Below, in pieces: positions 1 to 14,900 of a stretch of DNA of 64,000 bases. This stretch comes from Antedon mediterranea (lineage: Eukaryota; Animalia; Echinodermata): assembly GCF_964355755.1 (NCBI RefSeq), contig NC_092674.1:17360001-17424000 (forward strand). The letters are read 5' to 3'. A program made the position numbers and the translations under genes. The notes beneath the pieces are model-generated. The model did not search any database. It was not told where the DNA came from and worked only from the letters and a program-made list of their open reading frames with translations. Each line of letters opens with the position of its first letter. Position 1 is the stretch's first letter.

Positions 1-817
1 AGCGAGAGAGAGATAGATCAGCGAGAGAGAGAGATATAGACCAGCGAGAGGGAGATAGATCAGCGAGAGAGAGATAGATCAGCGAGAGAGAGATAGATCA
101 GCGAGAGAGAGATAGATCAGCGAGAGAGAGATAGATCAGCGAGAGAGAGAGATAGATCATCGAGAGAGAGATAGATCAGCGAGAGAGATAGATCAGCGAG
201 AGAGAGATAGATCAGCGAGAGAGAGATAGATCAGCGAGAGAGAAATAGATCAGCGAGAGAGAGATAGATCAGCGAGAGAGTGATAGATCAGCGAGAGAGA
301 GATAGATCAGCGAGAGAGAGATAGATCAGCGAGAGAGAAATAGATCAGCGGGAGAGAGAGAGATAGATCGAGGAGAGAGATAGATCAGCGAGAGAGAGAT
401 AGATCAGCAAGAGAGATATAGATCAGCGAGAGAGAGATAGATCAGCGAGAGAGAGATAGATCAGCGAGAGAGAGATAGATCAGCGAGAGAGAGATAGATC
501 TGCGAGAGAGAGAGATAGATCATCGAGAGAGAGATAGATCAGCGAGAGAGAGATAGATCAGCGAGAGAGAGATAGATCAGCGAGAGAGAGATAGATCAGC
601 GAGAGAGAAATAGATCAGCGAGAGAGAGATAGATCAGCGAGAGAGAGATAGATCAGCGAGAGAGAGATAAATCAGCGAGAGAGAGACACATCAGCGAGAG
701 AAAGACAGATCAGCGAGAGAGAGACAGATCAGCGAGAGAGAGAGACAGACATATCAGCGAGAGAGAGAGACAGATCAGCGAGAGAGACACAGATCAGCGA
801 AAAAGACACAGATCAGC

Positions 818-853
<36 letters not shown>

Positions 854-3800
854 TTAGCGAGAGAGAGACAGATCAGCGAGAGAGGGACAGATCAGTGAGA
901 GAGAGAGACAGATTGACTAGAGAGAGACAGATCAGCGAGAGAGAGACAGATCGGCTAGAGAGAGACAGATCAGCGAGAGAGAGACAGATCAGCGAGAGAG
1001 AGATAGATCAGCGAGAGGGAGATAGATCAGCGAGAGAGAGATAGATCAGTGAGAGAGAGATAGATCAGCGAGAGAGAGATAGATCAGCGAGAGAGAGAGA
1101 TAGATCAGCGAGAGAGAGATAGATCAGCGAGAGAGAGATAGATCAGTGAGAGGGAGATAGATCAGAGAGAGAGAGATAGATCAGCGAGAGAGAGATAGAT
1201 CAGCGAGAGAGAGAAAGATCAGCGAGAGAGAGATAGATCAGCGAGAGAGAGATAGATCAGCGAGAGAGAGATAGATCAGCGAGAGAGAGAAAGATCAGCG
1301 AGAGAGAGATAGATCAGCGAGAAAGAGATAGATCAGCGAGAGAGAGATAGATCAGCGAGACAGAGATAGATCAGCGAGAGAGAGATAGATCAGCGAGAGA
1401 GAGATAGATCAGCGAGAGAGAGATAGATCAGCGAGAGAGAGATAGATCAGCGAGAGAGAGAAAGATCAGCGAGAGAGATAGATCAGCGAGAGAGAGATAG
1501 ATCAGCGAGAGAGAGATAGATCAGCGAGACAGAGATAGATCAGCGAGAGAGCGATAGATCAGCGAGAGAGAGATAGATCAGTGAGAGAGAGATAGATTAG
1601 CGAGAGAGAGATAGATCAGCGAGAGAGAGATAGATCAGCGAGAGAGAGATAGATCAGCGAGAGAGAGACAGATCAGCGAGAGAGAGATAGATAAGCGAGA
1701 GAGAGATAGATCAGCGAGACAGATATAGATCAGCGAGAGAGAGATAGATCAGCGAGAGAGAGATAGATCAGCGAGAGAGAGATAGATCAACGAGAGAGAG
1801 AGATAGATCAACGAGAGAGAGAGATCAGCGAGAGAGATAGATCAGCGAGAGAGAGAGAGATAGGTCAGCGAGAGAGAGATAGATCAGCGAGAGAGAGATA
1901 GATCAGCGAGATAGAGATAGATCAGCGAGAGAGAGATAGATCAGCGAGAAAGAGATAGATCAGCGAGAGCGAGATACATCGGGGAGAGATAGATAGATCA
2001 GCGAGAGATAGATAGATCAGCGAGAGAGAGAGATAGATAGATCAGTTAGAGAGAGATAGATCAGCGAGAGAGAGAGATAGATAAGCCAGAGAGAGATAGA
2101 TCAGCGAGAGAGAGATAGATCAGTGAGAGAGAGAGATAGATCAGCGAGAGAGAGAGATAGATCAGCGAGAGAGAGATAGATCAGCGAGAGAGAGAGATAT
2201 AGACCAGTGAGAGGGAGATAGATCAGCGAGAGAGAGATAGATCAGCGAGAGAGAGATAGATCAGCGAGAGAGAGATAGATCAGCGAGAGAGATAGATCAG
2301 CGAGAGATAGATAGATCAGCGAGAGAGAGACAGATCAGCGAGAGAGAGATAGATAAGCGAGAGAGAGATAGATCAGCGAGAGAGAGATAGATCAGCGAGA
2401 GAGAGATAGATCAGCGAGAGAGAGATAGATCAGAGAGAGAGATAGATCAGCGATAGAGAGAGATAGATCAGCGAGATAGAAATAGATCAGCGGGAGAGAG
2501 AGAGATAGATCGAGGAGAGAGAGATAGATCAGCGAGAGAGAGATAGATCAGCGAGAGAGAGATAGATCAGCGAGAGAGAGATAGATCAGCGAGAGAGAAA
2601 TAGATCAGCGAGAAAGAGATAGATCAGCGAGAGAGAGATAGATCAGCGAGAGAGAGATAGATCAGCGAGAGAGAGATAGATCAGCGAGAGAGAGATAGAT
2701 CAGCGAGAGAGAGATAGATCAGCGAGAGAGAGAGATAGATCATCGAGAGAGAGATAGATCAGCGAGAGAGAGATAGATCAGCGAGAGAGAGATAGATCAG
2801 CGAGAGAGAGATAGATCAGCGAGAGAGAGAGATAGATAGATCAGTTAGAGAGAGATAGATCAGCGAGAGAGAGAGATAGATAAGCCAGAGAGAGATAGAT
2901 CAGCGAGAGAGAGATAGATCAGTGAGAGAGAGAGAGATAGATCAGCGAGAGAGAGAGATAGATCAGCGAGAGAGAGATAGATCAGCGAGAGAGAGAGATA
3001 TAGACCAGCGAGAGGGAGATAGATCAGCGAGAGAGAGATAGATCAGCGAGAGAGAGATAGATCAGCGAGAGAGAGATAGATCAGCGAGAGAGAGATAGAT
3101 CAGCGAGAGAGAGAGAGATAGATCATCGAGAGAGAGATAGATCAGCGAGAGAGATAGATCAGCGAGAGAGAGATAGATCAGCGAGAGAGAGATAGATCAG
3201 CGAGAGAGAAATAGATCAGCGAGAGAGAGATAGATCAGCGAGAGAGAGATAGATCAGCGAGAGAGAGATAGATCAGAGAGAGAGATAGATCAGCGATAGA
3301 GAGAGATAGATCAGCGAGAGAGAAATAGATCAGCGGGAGAGAGAGAGATAGATCGAGGAGAGAGAGATAGATCAGCGAGAGAGAGATAGATCAGCGAGAG
3401 AGAGATAGATCAGCGAGAGAGAGATAGATCAGTGAGAGAGAGAGATAGATCAGCGAGAGAGAGAGATAGATCAGCGAGAGAGAGATAGATCAGCGAGAGA
3501 GAGAGATATAGACCAGCGAGAGTGAGATAGATCAGCGAGAGAGAGATAGATCAGCGAGAGAGAGATAGATCAGCGAGAGAGAGATAGATCAGCGAGAGAG
3601 AGAGATAGATCATCGAGAGAGAGATAGATCAGCGAGAGAGATAGATCAGCGAGAGAGAGATAGATCAGCGAGAGAGAGATAGATCAGCGAGAGAGAAATA
3701 GATCAGCGAGAGAGAGATAGATCAGCGAGAGAGAGATAGATCAGCGAGAGAGAGATAGATCAGCGAGAGAGAGATAGATCAGAGAGAGAGATAGATCAGC

Positions 3801-5613
3801 GATAGAGAGAGATAGATCAGCGAGAGAGAAATAGATCAGCGGGAGAGAGAGAGATAGATCGAGGAGAGAGAGATAGATCAGCAAGAGAGAGATAGATCAG
3901 CGAGAGAGAGATAGATCAGCGAGAGAGAGATAGATCAGCGAGAGAGAAATAGATCAGCGAGAAAGAGATAGATCAGCGAGAGAGAGATAGATCAGCGAGA
4001 GAGAGATAGATCAGCGAGAGAGAGATAGATCAGCGAGAGAGAGATAGATCAGCGAGAGAGAGATAGATCAGCGAGAGAGAGAGAGATCAGCGAGAGAGAG
4101 ATAGATCAGCGAGAGAGAGATAGATCAGCGAGAGAGAGATAGATCAGCGAGAGAGAGATAGATCAGCGAAAGAGAGATAGATCAGCGAGAGAGAGCGATA
4201 GATCAGCGAGAGAGAGAGGTAGATCAGCGAGAGAGAAAGAGATAGATCAGCGAGAGAGAGATAGATCAGCGAGAGAGAGAGATAGATCAGCGAGAGAGAG
4301 ATAGATCAGCGAGAGAGAGAAAGAGAGAGAGATAGATCAGCGAGAGAGAGATAGATCAGCGAGAGAGAGAAAGATCAGCGAGAGAGATATAGATCAGCGA
4401 GAGAGAGATAGATCAGCGAGAGAGAGATAGATAGGCGAGAGAGAGAGAAAGATCAGCGAGAGAGAGATAGATCAGCGAGAGAGAGATAGATCAGCGAGAG
4501 AGAGATAGATCACCGAGAGAGAGATAGATCAGCGAGAGAGAGATAGATCAGCAAGAGAGAGAAAGATCAGAGAGAGAGAGATAGATCAGCGAGAGAGAGA
4601 TAGATCAGCGAGAGAGAGATAGATCAGCGAGAGAGAGATAGATCAGCGAGAGAGAGAGAGATATAGACCAGCGAGAGGGAGATAGATCAGCGAGAGAGAG
4701 ATAGATCAGCGAGAAAGAGATAGATCAGCGAGAGAGAGATAGATCAGCGAGAGAGAGATAGATCAGCGAGAGAGAGATAGATCAGCGAGAGAGAGAGAGA
4801 GAGATAGATCATCGAGAGAGAGATAGATCAGCGAGAGAGAGATAGATCAGCGAGAGAGAGATAGATCAGCGAGAGAGAAATAGATCAGCGAGAGAGAGAG
4901 ATAGATCAGCGAGAAAGAGATAGATCAGCGAGAGAGAGATAGATCAGCGAAAGAGAGATAGATCAGAGATAGAGATAGATCAGCGATAGAGAGAGATAGA
5001 TCAGCGAGAGAGAAATAGATCAGCGGGAGAGAGAGAGATAGATCGAGGAGAGAGAGATAGATCAGCGAGAGAGAGATAGATCAGCGAGAGAGAGATAGAT
5101 CAGCGAGAGAGAGATAGATCAGCGAGAGAGAAATAGATCAGCGAGAGAGAGATAGATCAGCGAGAGAGAGATAGATCAGCGAGAGAGAGATAGATCAGCA
5201 AGAGAGATATAGATCAGCGAGAGAGAGATAGATCAGCGAGAGAGAGATAGATCAGCGAGAGAGAGATAGATCAGCGAGAGAGAGATAGATCAGGGAGAGA
5301 GAGAGATAGATCATCGAGAGAGAGATAGATCAGCGAGAGAGAGATAGATCAGCGAGAGAGAGATAGATCAGCGAGAGAGATAGATCAGCGAGAGAGAAAT
5401 AGATCAGCGAGAGAGAGATAGATCAGCGAGAGAGAGATAGATCAGCGAGAGAGAGATAAATCAGCGAGAGAGAGACACATCAGCGAGAGAAAGACAGATC
5501 AGCGAGAGAGAGACAGATCAGCGAGAGAGAGAGAGACAGACAGATCAGCGAGAGAGAGAGACAGATCAGCGAGAGAGACACAGATCAGCGAAAAAGACAC
5601 AGATCAGCGAGAT

Positions 5614-5650
<37 letters not shown>

Positions 5651-8600
5651 TTAGCGAGAGAGAGACAGATCAGCGAGAGAGGGACAGATCAGTGAGAGAG
5701 AGAGACAGATTGGCTAGAGAGAGACAGATCAGCGAGAGAGAGACAGATCGGCTAGAGAGAGACAGATCAGCGAGAGAGAGACAGATCAGCGAGAGAGAGA
5801 TAGATCAGCGAGAGGGAGATAGATCAGCGAGAGAGAGATAGATCAGTGAGAGAGAGATAGATCAGCGAGAGAGAGATAGATCAGCGAGAGAGAGAGATAG
5901 ATCAGCGAGAGAGAGATAGATCAGCGAGAGAGAGATAGATCAGTGAGAGGGAGATAGATCAGAGAGAGAGAGATAGATCAGCGAGAGAGAGATAGATCAA
6001 CGAGAGAGAGAAAGATCAGCGAGAGAGAGATAGATCAGCGAGAGAGAGATAGATCAGCGAGAGAGAGATAGATCAGCGAGAGAGAGAAAGATCAGCGAGA
6101 GAGAGATAGATCAGCGAGAAAGAGATAGATCAGCGAGAGAGAGATAGATCAGCGAGACAGAGATAGATCAGCGAGAGAGAGATAGATCAGCGAGAGAGAG
6201 ATAGATCAGCGAGAGAGAGATAGATCAGCGAGAGAGAGATAGATCAGCGAGAGAGAGATAGATCAGCGAGAGAGAGATAGATCAGCGAGACAGAGATAGA
6301 TCAGTGAGAGAGCGATAGATCAGCGAGAGAGAGATAGATCAGCGAGAGAGAGATAGATTAGCGAGAGAGAGATAGATCAGCGAGAGAGAGATAGATCAGC
6401 GAGAGAGAGATAGATCAGCGAGAGAGAGACAGATCAGCGAGAGAGAGATAGATAAGCGAGAGAGAGATAGATCAGCGAGACAGATATAGATCAGCGAGAG
6501 AGAGATAGATCAGCGAGAGAGAGATAGATCAGCGAGAGAGAGATAGATCAACGAGAGAGAGAGATAGATCAACGAGAGAGAGATCAGCGAGAGAGATAGG
6601 TCAGCGAGAGAGAGAGATAGGTCAGCGAGAGAGAGATAGATCAGCGAGAGAGAGATAGATCAGCGAGATAGAGATAGATCAGCGAGAGAGAGATAGATCA
6701 GCGAGAGCGAGATACATCGGGGAGAGAGAGATAGATCAGCGAGAGAGAGATAGATAAGCGAGAGAGAGATAGATCAGCGAGAGAGAGATAGATCAGCGAG
6801 AGAGATAGATAGATCAGCAAGAGAGAGAGATAGATAGATCAGTTAGAGAGAGATAGATCAGCGAGAGAGAGAGATAGATAAGCCAGAGAGAGATAGATCA
6901 GCGAGAGAGGGATAGATCAGTGAGAGAGAGAGATAGATCAGCGAGAGAGAGAGATAGATCAGCGAGAGAGAGATAGATCAGCGAGAGAGAGAGATATAGA
7001 CCAGCGAGAGGGAGATAGATCAGCGAGAGAGAGATAGATCAGCGAAAGAGAGATAGATCAGCGAGAGAGAGATAGATCAGCGAGAGAGAGATAGATCAGC
7101 GAGAGAGAGAGATAGATCATCGAGAGAGAGATAGATCAGCGAGAGAGATAGATCAGCGAGAGAGAGATAGATCAGCGAGAGAGAGATAGATCAGCGAGAG
7201 AGAAATAGATCAGCGAGAGAGAGATAGATCAGCGAGAGAGAGATAGATCAGCGAGAGAGAGATAGATCAGCGAGAGAGAGATAGATCAGAGAGAGAGATA
7301 GATCCGCGATAGAGAGAGATAGATCAGCGAGAGAGAAATAGATCAGCGGGAGAGAGAGAGATAGATCGAGGAGAGAGAGATAGATCAGCGAGAGAGAGAT
7401 AGATCAGCGAGAGAGAGATAGATCAGAGAGAGAGAGATAGATCAGCGATAGAGAGAGATAGATCAGCGAGAGAGAAATAGATCAGCGGGAGAGAGAGAGA
7501 TAGATCGAGGAGAGAGAGATAGATCAGCGAGAGAGAGAGAGATCAGCGAGAGATAGATAGATCAGCGAGAGAGAGAGATAGATCAGCGAGAGAGAGATAG
7601 ATCAGCGAGAGAGAGAGATATAGACCAGCGAGAGGGAGATAGATCAGCGAGAGAGAGATAGATCAGCGAGAGAGAGATAGATCAGCGAGAGAGAGATAGA
7701 TCAGCGAGAGAGAGATAGATCAGCGAGAGAGAGAGATAGATCATCGAGAGAGAGATAGATCAGCGAGAGAGATAGATCAGCGAGAGAGAGATAGATCAGC
7801 GAGAGAGAGATAGATCAGAGAGAGAGAAATAGATCAGCGAGAGAGAGATAGATCAGCGAGAGAGAGATAGATCAGCGAGAGAGAGATAGATCAGAGAGAG
7901 AGATAGATCAGCGATAGAGAGAGATAGATCAGCGAGAGAGAAATAGATCAGCGGGAGAGAGAGAGATAGATCGAGGAGAGAGAGATAGATCAGCGAGAGA
8001 GAGATAGATCAGCGAGAGAGAGATAGATCAGCGAGAGAGACATAGATCAGCGAGAGAGAAATAGATCAGCGAGAAAGGGATAGATCAGCGAGAGAGAGAT
8101 AGATCAGCGAGAGAGAGATAGATCAGCGAGAGAGAGATAGATCAGCGAGAGAGAGATAGATCAGCGAGAGAGAGATAGATCAGCGAGAGAGAGAGATAGA
8201 TCATCGAGAGAGAGATAGATCAGCGAGAGAGAGATAGATCAGCGAGAAAGAGATAGATCAGCGAGAGAGAGATAGATCAGCGAGAGAGAGATAGATCAGA
8301 GAGAGAGATAGATCAGCGATAGAGAGAGATAGATCAGCGAGAGAGAAATAGATCAGCGGGAGAGAGAGAGATAGATCGAGGAGAGAGAGATAGATCAGCG
8401 AGAGAGAGATAGATCAGCGAGAGAGAGATAGATCAGCGAGAGAGAGATAGATCAGCGAGAGAGAAATAGATCAGCGAGAGAGAGATAGATCAGCGAGAGA
8501 GAGATAGATCAGCGAGAGAGAGATAGATCAGCAAGAGAGATATAGATCAGCGAGAGAGAGATAGATCAGCGAGAGAGAGATAGATCAGCGAGAGAGAGAT

Positions 8601-8945
8601 AGATCAGCGAGAGAGAGATAGATCAGCGAGAGAGAGAGATAGATCATCGAGAGAGAGATAGATCAGCGAGAGAGAGATAGATCAGCGAGAGAAAGATAGA
8701 TCAGCGAGAGAGAGATAGATCAGCGAGAGAGAAATAGATCAGCGAGAAAGAGATAGATCAGCGAGAGAGAGATAGATCAGCGAGAGAGAGATAAATCAGC
8801 GAGAGAGAGACACATCAGCGAGAGAAAGACAGATCAGCGAGAGAGAGAGACAGATCAGCGAGAGAGAGAGAGACAGACAGATCAGCGAGAGAGAGAGACA
8901 GATCAGCGAGAGAGACACAGATCAGCGAAAAAGACACAGATCAGC

Positions 8946-8981
<36 letters not shown>

Positions 8982-11900
8982 TTAGCGAGAGAGAGACAGA
9001 TCAGCGAGAGAGGGACAGATCAGTGAGAGAGAGAGACAGATTGGCTAGAGAGAGACAGATCAGCGAGAGAGAGACAGATCGGCTAGAGAGAGACAGATCA
9101 GCGAGAGAGAGACAGATCAGCGAGAGAGAGATAGATCAGCGAGAGGGAGATAGATCAGCGAGAGAGAGAGAGATCAGTGAGAGAGAGATAGATCAGCGAG
9201 AGAGAGATAGATCAGCGAGAGAGAGAGATAGATCAGCGAGAGAGAGATAGATCAGCGAGAGAGGGATAGATCAGTGAGAGAGAGAGATAGATCAGCGAGA
9301 GAGAGAGATAGATCAGCGAGAGAGAGATAGATCAGCGAGAGAGAGAGATATAGACCAGCGAGAGGGAGATAGATCAGCGAGAGAGAGATAGATCAGCGAA
9401 AGAGAGATAGATCAGCGAGAGAGAGATAGATCAGCGAGAGAGAGATAGATCAGCGAGAGAGAGAGATAGATCATCGAGAGAGAGATAGATCAGCGAGAGA
9501 GATAGATCAGCGAGAGAGAGATAGATCAGCGAGAGAGAGATAGATCAGCGAGAGAGAAATAGATCAGCGAGAGAGAGATAGATCAGCGAGAGAGAGATAG
9601 ATCAGCGAGAGAGAGATAGATCAGAGAGAGAGATAGATCAGCGATAGAGAGAGATAGATCAGCGAGAGAGAAATAGATCAGCGGGAGAGAGAGAGATAGA
9701 TCGAGGAGAGAGAGATAGATCAGCGAGAGAGAGATAGATCAGCGAGAGAGAGATAGATCAGCGAGAGAGAAATAGATCAGCGAGAAAGAGATAGATCAGC
9801 GAGAGAGAGATAGATCAGCGAGAGAGAGATAGATCAGCGAGAGAGAGATAGATCAGCGAGAGAGAGATAGATCAGCGAGAGAGAGATAGATCAGCGAGAG
9901 AGAGAGATAGATCATCGAGAGAGAGATAGATCAGCGAGAGAGAGATAGATCAGCGAGAGAGAGATAGATCAGCGAGAGAGAGATAGATCAGCGAGAGAGA
10001 AATAGATCAGCGAGAGAGAGATAGATCAGCGAGAGAGAGATAGATCAGCGAGAGAGAGATAGATCAGCGAGAGAGAGATAGATCAGAGAGAGAGAGATAG
10101 ATCAGCGATAGAGAGAGATAGATCAGCGAGAGAGAAATAGATCAGCGGGAGAGAGAGAGATAGATCGAGGAGAGAGAGATAGATCAGCGAGAGAGAGAAA
10201 GATCAGCGAGAGAGAGATAGATCAGCGAGAGAGAGATAGATCAGCGAGAGAGAGAGATAGATCAGCGAGAGAGAGATAGATCAGCGAGAGAGAGCGATAG
10301 ATCAGCGAGAGAGAGAGGTAGATCAGCGAGAGAGAAAGAGATAGATCAGCGAGAGAGAGATAGATCAGCGAGAGAGAGAGATAGATCAGCGAGAGAGAGA
10401 TAGATCAGCGAGAGAGAGAGATCAGCGAGAGAGAGATAGATCAGCGAGAGAGAGAGAGAGAGAGATAGATAGATCAGCGAGAGAGAGATAGATCAGCGAG
10501 AGAGAGATAGATCAGCGAGAGAGAGATAGATCAGCGAGAGAAAGATAGATCAGCGAGAGAGATAAAGATCAGCGAGAGAGAGATAGATCAGCGAGAGAGA
10601 GATAGATCAGCGAGAGAGAGAGAAAGATCAGCGAGAGAGAGATAAATCAGCGAGAGAGAGATAGATCAGCGAGAGAGAGATAGATCAGCGAGAGAGAGAT
10701 AGATCAGCGAGAGAGAGATAGATCAGCGAGAGAGAGATAGATCAGAGAGAGAGAGATAGATCAGCGATAGAGAGAGATAGATCAGTGAGAGAGAGAGATA
10801 GATCAGCGAGAGAGAGATAGATCAGCGAGAGAGAGATAGATCAGCGAGAGGGAGATAGATCAGCGAGAGAGAGATAGATCAGCGAGAGAGAGATAGATCA
10901 GCAAGAGAGAGCGATAGATCAGCGAGAGAGAGAGGTAGATCAGCGAGAGAGAGAAAGATAGATCAGCGAGAGAGAGATAGAACAGCGAGAGAGAGATAGA
11001 TCAGCGAGAGAGAAAGAGATAGATCAGCGAGAGAGAGATAGATCAGCGAGAGAGAGATAGATCAGCGAGAGAGAGAGATAGATCAGCGAGAGAGAGATAG
11101 ATCAGCGAGAGAGAGATAGATCAGCGAAAGAGAGATAGATCAGCTAGAGAAAGATAGATCAGCGAGAGAGATATAGATCAGCGAGAGAGAGATAGATCAG
11201 CGAGAGAGAGATAGATCAGCGAGAGAGAGAGATAGACCAGCGAGAGGGAGATAGATCAGCGACAGAGAGATAGATCAGCGAGAGAGAGATAGATCAGCGA
11301 GAGAGAGATAGATCAGCGAGAGAGAGAGAGATAGATCAGCGAGAGAGAAATAGATCAGCGAGAGAGAGAGATAGATCAGCGAGATAAGATAGAACGATCA
11401 GCGAGAGAGAGATAGATCAGCGAGAGAGAGATAGATCAGCGAGAGAGAGAGATATAGACCAGCGAGAGGGAGATAGATCAGCGAGAGAGAGATAGATCAG
11501 CGAGAGAGAGATAGATCAGCGAGAGAGAGATAGATCAGCGAGAGAGAGATAGATCAGCGAGAGAGAGAGATAGATCATCGAGAGAGAGATAGATCAGCGA
11601 GAGAGATAGATCAGCGAGAGAGAGATAGATCAGCGAGAGAGAGATAGATCAGCGAGAGAGAAATAGATCAGCGAGAGAGAGATAGATCAGCGAGAGAGAG
11701 ATAGATCAGCGAGAGAGAGATAGATCAGCGAGAGAGAGATAGATCAGAGAGAGAGATAGATCAGCGATAGAGAGAGATAGATCAGCGAGAGAGAAATAGA
11801 TCAGCGGGAGAGAGAGAGATAGATCGAGGAGAGAGAGATAGATCAGCGAGAGAGAGATAGATCAGCGAGAGAGAGATAGATCAGCGAGAGAGAGATAGAT

Positions 11901-14900
11901 CAGCGAGAGAGAAATAGATCAGCGAGAAAGAGATAGATCAGCGAGAGAGAGATAGATCAGCGAGAGAGAGATAGATCAGCGAGAGAGAGATAGATCAGCG
12001 AGAGAGAGATAGATCAGCGAGAGAGAGATAGATCAGCGAGAGAGAGAGATAGATCATCGAGAGAGAGATAGATCAGCGAGAGAGAGATAGATCAGCGAGA
12101 GAGAGATAGATCAGCGAGAGAGAGAGATAGATAGATCAGTTAGAGAGAGATAGATCAGCGAGAGAGAGAGATAGATAAGCCAGAGAGAGATAGATCAGCG
12201 AGAGAGAGATAGATCAGTGAGAGAGAGAGATAGATCAGCGAGAGAGAGAGATAGATCAGCGAGAGAGAGATAGATCAGCGAGAGAGAGAGAGATATAGAC
12301 CAGCGAGAGGGAGATAGATCAGCGAGAGAGAGATAGATCAGCGAGAGAGAGATAGATCAGCGAGAGAGAGATAGATCAGCGAGAGAGAGAGATAGATCAT
12401 CGAGAGAGAGATAGATCAGCGAGAGAGATAGATCAGCGAGAGAGAGATAGATCAGCGAGAGAGAGATAGATCAGCGAGAGAGAAATAGATCAGCGAGAGA
12501 GAGATAGATCAGCGAGAGAGAGATAGATCAGCGAGAGAGAGATAGATCAGCGAGAGAGAGATAGATCAGAGAGAGAGATAGATCAGCGATAGAGAGAGAT
12601 AGATCAGCGAGAGAGAAATAGATCAGCGGGAGAGAGAGAGATAGATCGAGGAGAGAGAGATAGATCAGCGAGAGAGAGATAGATCAGCGAGAGAGAGATA
12701 GATCAGCGAGAGAGAGATAGATCAGCGAGAGAGAAATAGATCAGCGAGAAAGAGATAGATCAGCGAGAGAGAGATAGATCAGCGAGAGAGAGATAGATCA
12801 ACGAGAGAGAGATAGATCAGCGAGAGAGAGATAGATCAGCGAGAGAGAGATAGATCAGCGAGAGAGAGAGATAGATCATCGAGAGAGAGATAGATCAGCG
12901 AGAGAGAGATAGATCAGCGAGAGAGAGATAGATCAGCGAGAGAGAGATAGATCAGCGAGAGAGAAATAGATCAGCGAGAGAGAGATAGATCAGCGAGAGA
13001 GAGATAGATCAGCGAGAGAGAGATAGATCAGCGAGAGAGAGATAGATCAGAGAGAGAGAGATAGATCAGCGATAGAGAGAGATAGATCAGCGAGAGAGAA
13101 ATAGATCAGCGGGAGAGAGAGAGATAGATCGAGGAGAGAGAGATAGATCAGCGAGAGAGAGACAGATCGGCTAGAGAGAGACAGATCAGCGAGAGAGAGA
13201 CAGATCAGCGAGAGAGAGATAGATCAGCGAGAGGGAGATAGATCAGCGAGAGAGAGATAGATCAGCGAGAGAGAGATAGATCAGCGAGAAAGAGAAAGAT
13301 CAGCGAGAGAGATATAGATCAGCGAGAGAGAGATAGATCAGCGAGAGAGAGATAGATCAGCGAGAGAGAGAGAAAGATCAGCGAGAGAGAGATAGATCAG
13401 CGAGAGAGAGATAGTTCAGCGAGAGAGAGATAGATCAGCGAGGGAGAGATAGATCAGCGAGAGAGAGATAGATCAGCGAGAGAGAGATAGATCAGAGAGA
13501 GAGAGATAGATCAGCGGGAGAGAGATAGATCAGCGAGAGAGAGATAGATCAGCGAGAGAGAGATAGATCAGCGAGAGAGAGATAGATCAGCGGGAGAGAG
13601 ATAGATCAGCGAGAGAGAGATAGATCAGCGAGAGAGAGATAGATCAGCGAGAGAGAGAGAGATAGATCGAGAGGAGAGAGATAAATCAGCGAGAGAGAGA
13701 TAGATCAGCGAGACAGAGATAGATCAGCGAGAGAGCGATAGATCAGCGAGAGAGAGATAGATCAGCGAGAGAGAGATAGATTAGCGAGAGAGAGATAGAT
13801 CAGCGAGAGAGAGATAGATCAGCGAGAGAGAGATAGATCAGCGAGAGAGAGACAGATCAGCGAGAGAGAGATAGATAAGCGAGAGAGAGATAGATCAGCG
13901 AGAGAGATATAGATCAGCGAGAAAGAGATAGATCAGCGAGAGAGAGATAGATCGGCGAGAGAGAGATAGATCAACGAGAGAGAGAGATAGATCAACGAGA
14001 GAGAGATCAGCGAGAGAGATAGATCAGCGAGAGAGGGAGATAGGTCAGCGAGAGAGAGATAGATCAGCGAGAGAGAGATAGATCAGCGAGACAGAGATAG
14101 ATCAGCGAGAGCGAGATACATCGGGGAGAGAGAGATAGATCAGCGAGAGAGAGATAGATAAGCGAGAGAGAGATAGATCAGCGAGAGAGAGATAGATCAG
14201 CGAGAGAGAGATAGATCAGCGAGAGAGATAGATAGATCAGCGAGAGAGAGAGATAGATAGATCAGTTAGAGAGAGATAGATCAGCGAGAGAGAGAGATAG
14301 ATAAGCCAGAGAGAGATAGATCAGCGAGAGAGAGATAGATCAGTGAGAGAGAGAGATAGATCAGCGAGAAAGAGATAGATCAGCGAGAGATAGATCAGCG
14401 AGAGAGAGAGATATAGACCAGCGAGAGGGAGATAGATCAGCGAGAGAGAGATAGATCAGCGAGAGAGATATAGATCAGCGAGAGAGAGATAGATCAGCGA
14501 GAGAGAGATAGATCAGCGAGAGAGAGAGATAGATCATCGAGAGAGAGATAGATCAGCGAGAGAGATAGATCAGCGAAAGAGAGATAGATCAGCGAGAGAG
14601 AGATAGATCAGCGAGAGAGAAATAGATCAGCGAGAGAGAGATAGATCAGCGAGAGAGAGATAGATCAGCGAGAGAGAAATAGATCAGCGAGAGAGAGATA
14701 GATCAGAGAGAGAGATAGATCAGCGATAGAGAGAGATAGATCAGCGAGAGAGAAATAGATCAGCGGGAGAGAGAGAGATAGATCGAGGAGAGAGAGATAG
14801 ATCAGCGAGAGAGAGATAGATCAGCGAGAGAGAGATAGATCAGCAAGAGAGAGATAGATCAGCGAGAAAGAAATAGATCAGCGAGAGAGAGATTGATCAG

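Noticed and set aside
9023-9250. 75-aa R/E/D-rich ORF
   Set aside because: Chance stop-free stretch of the GACAG variant cassette of the satellite.
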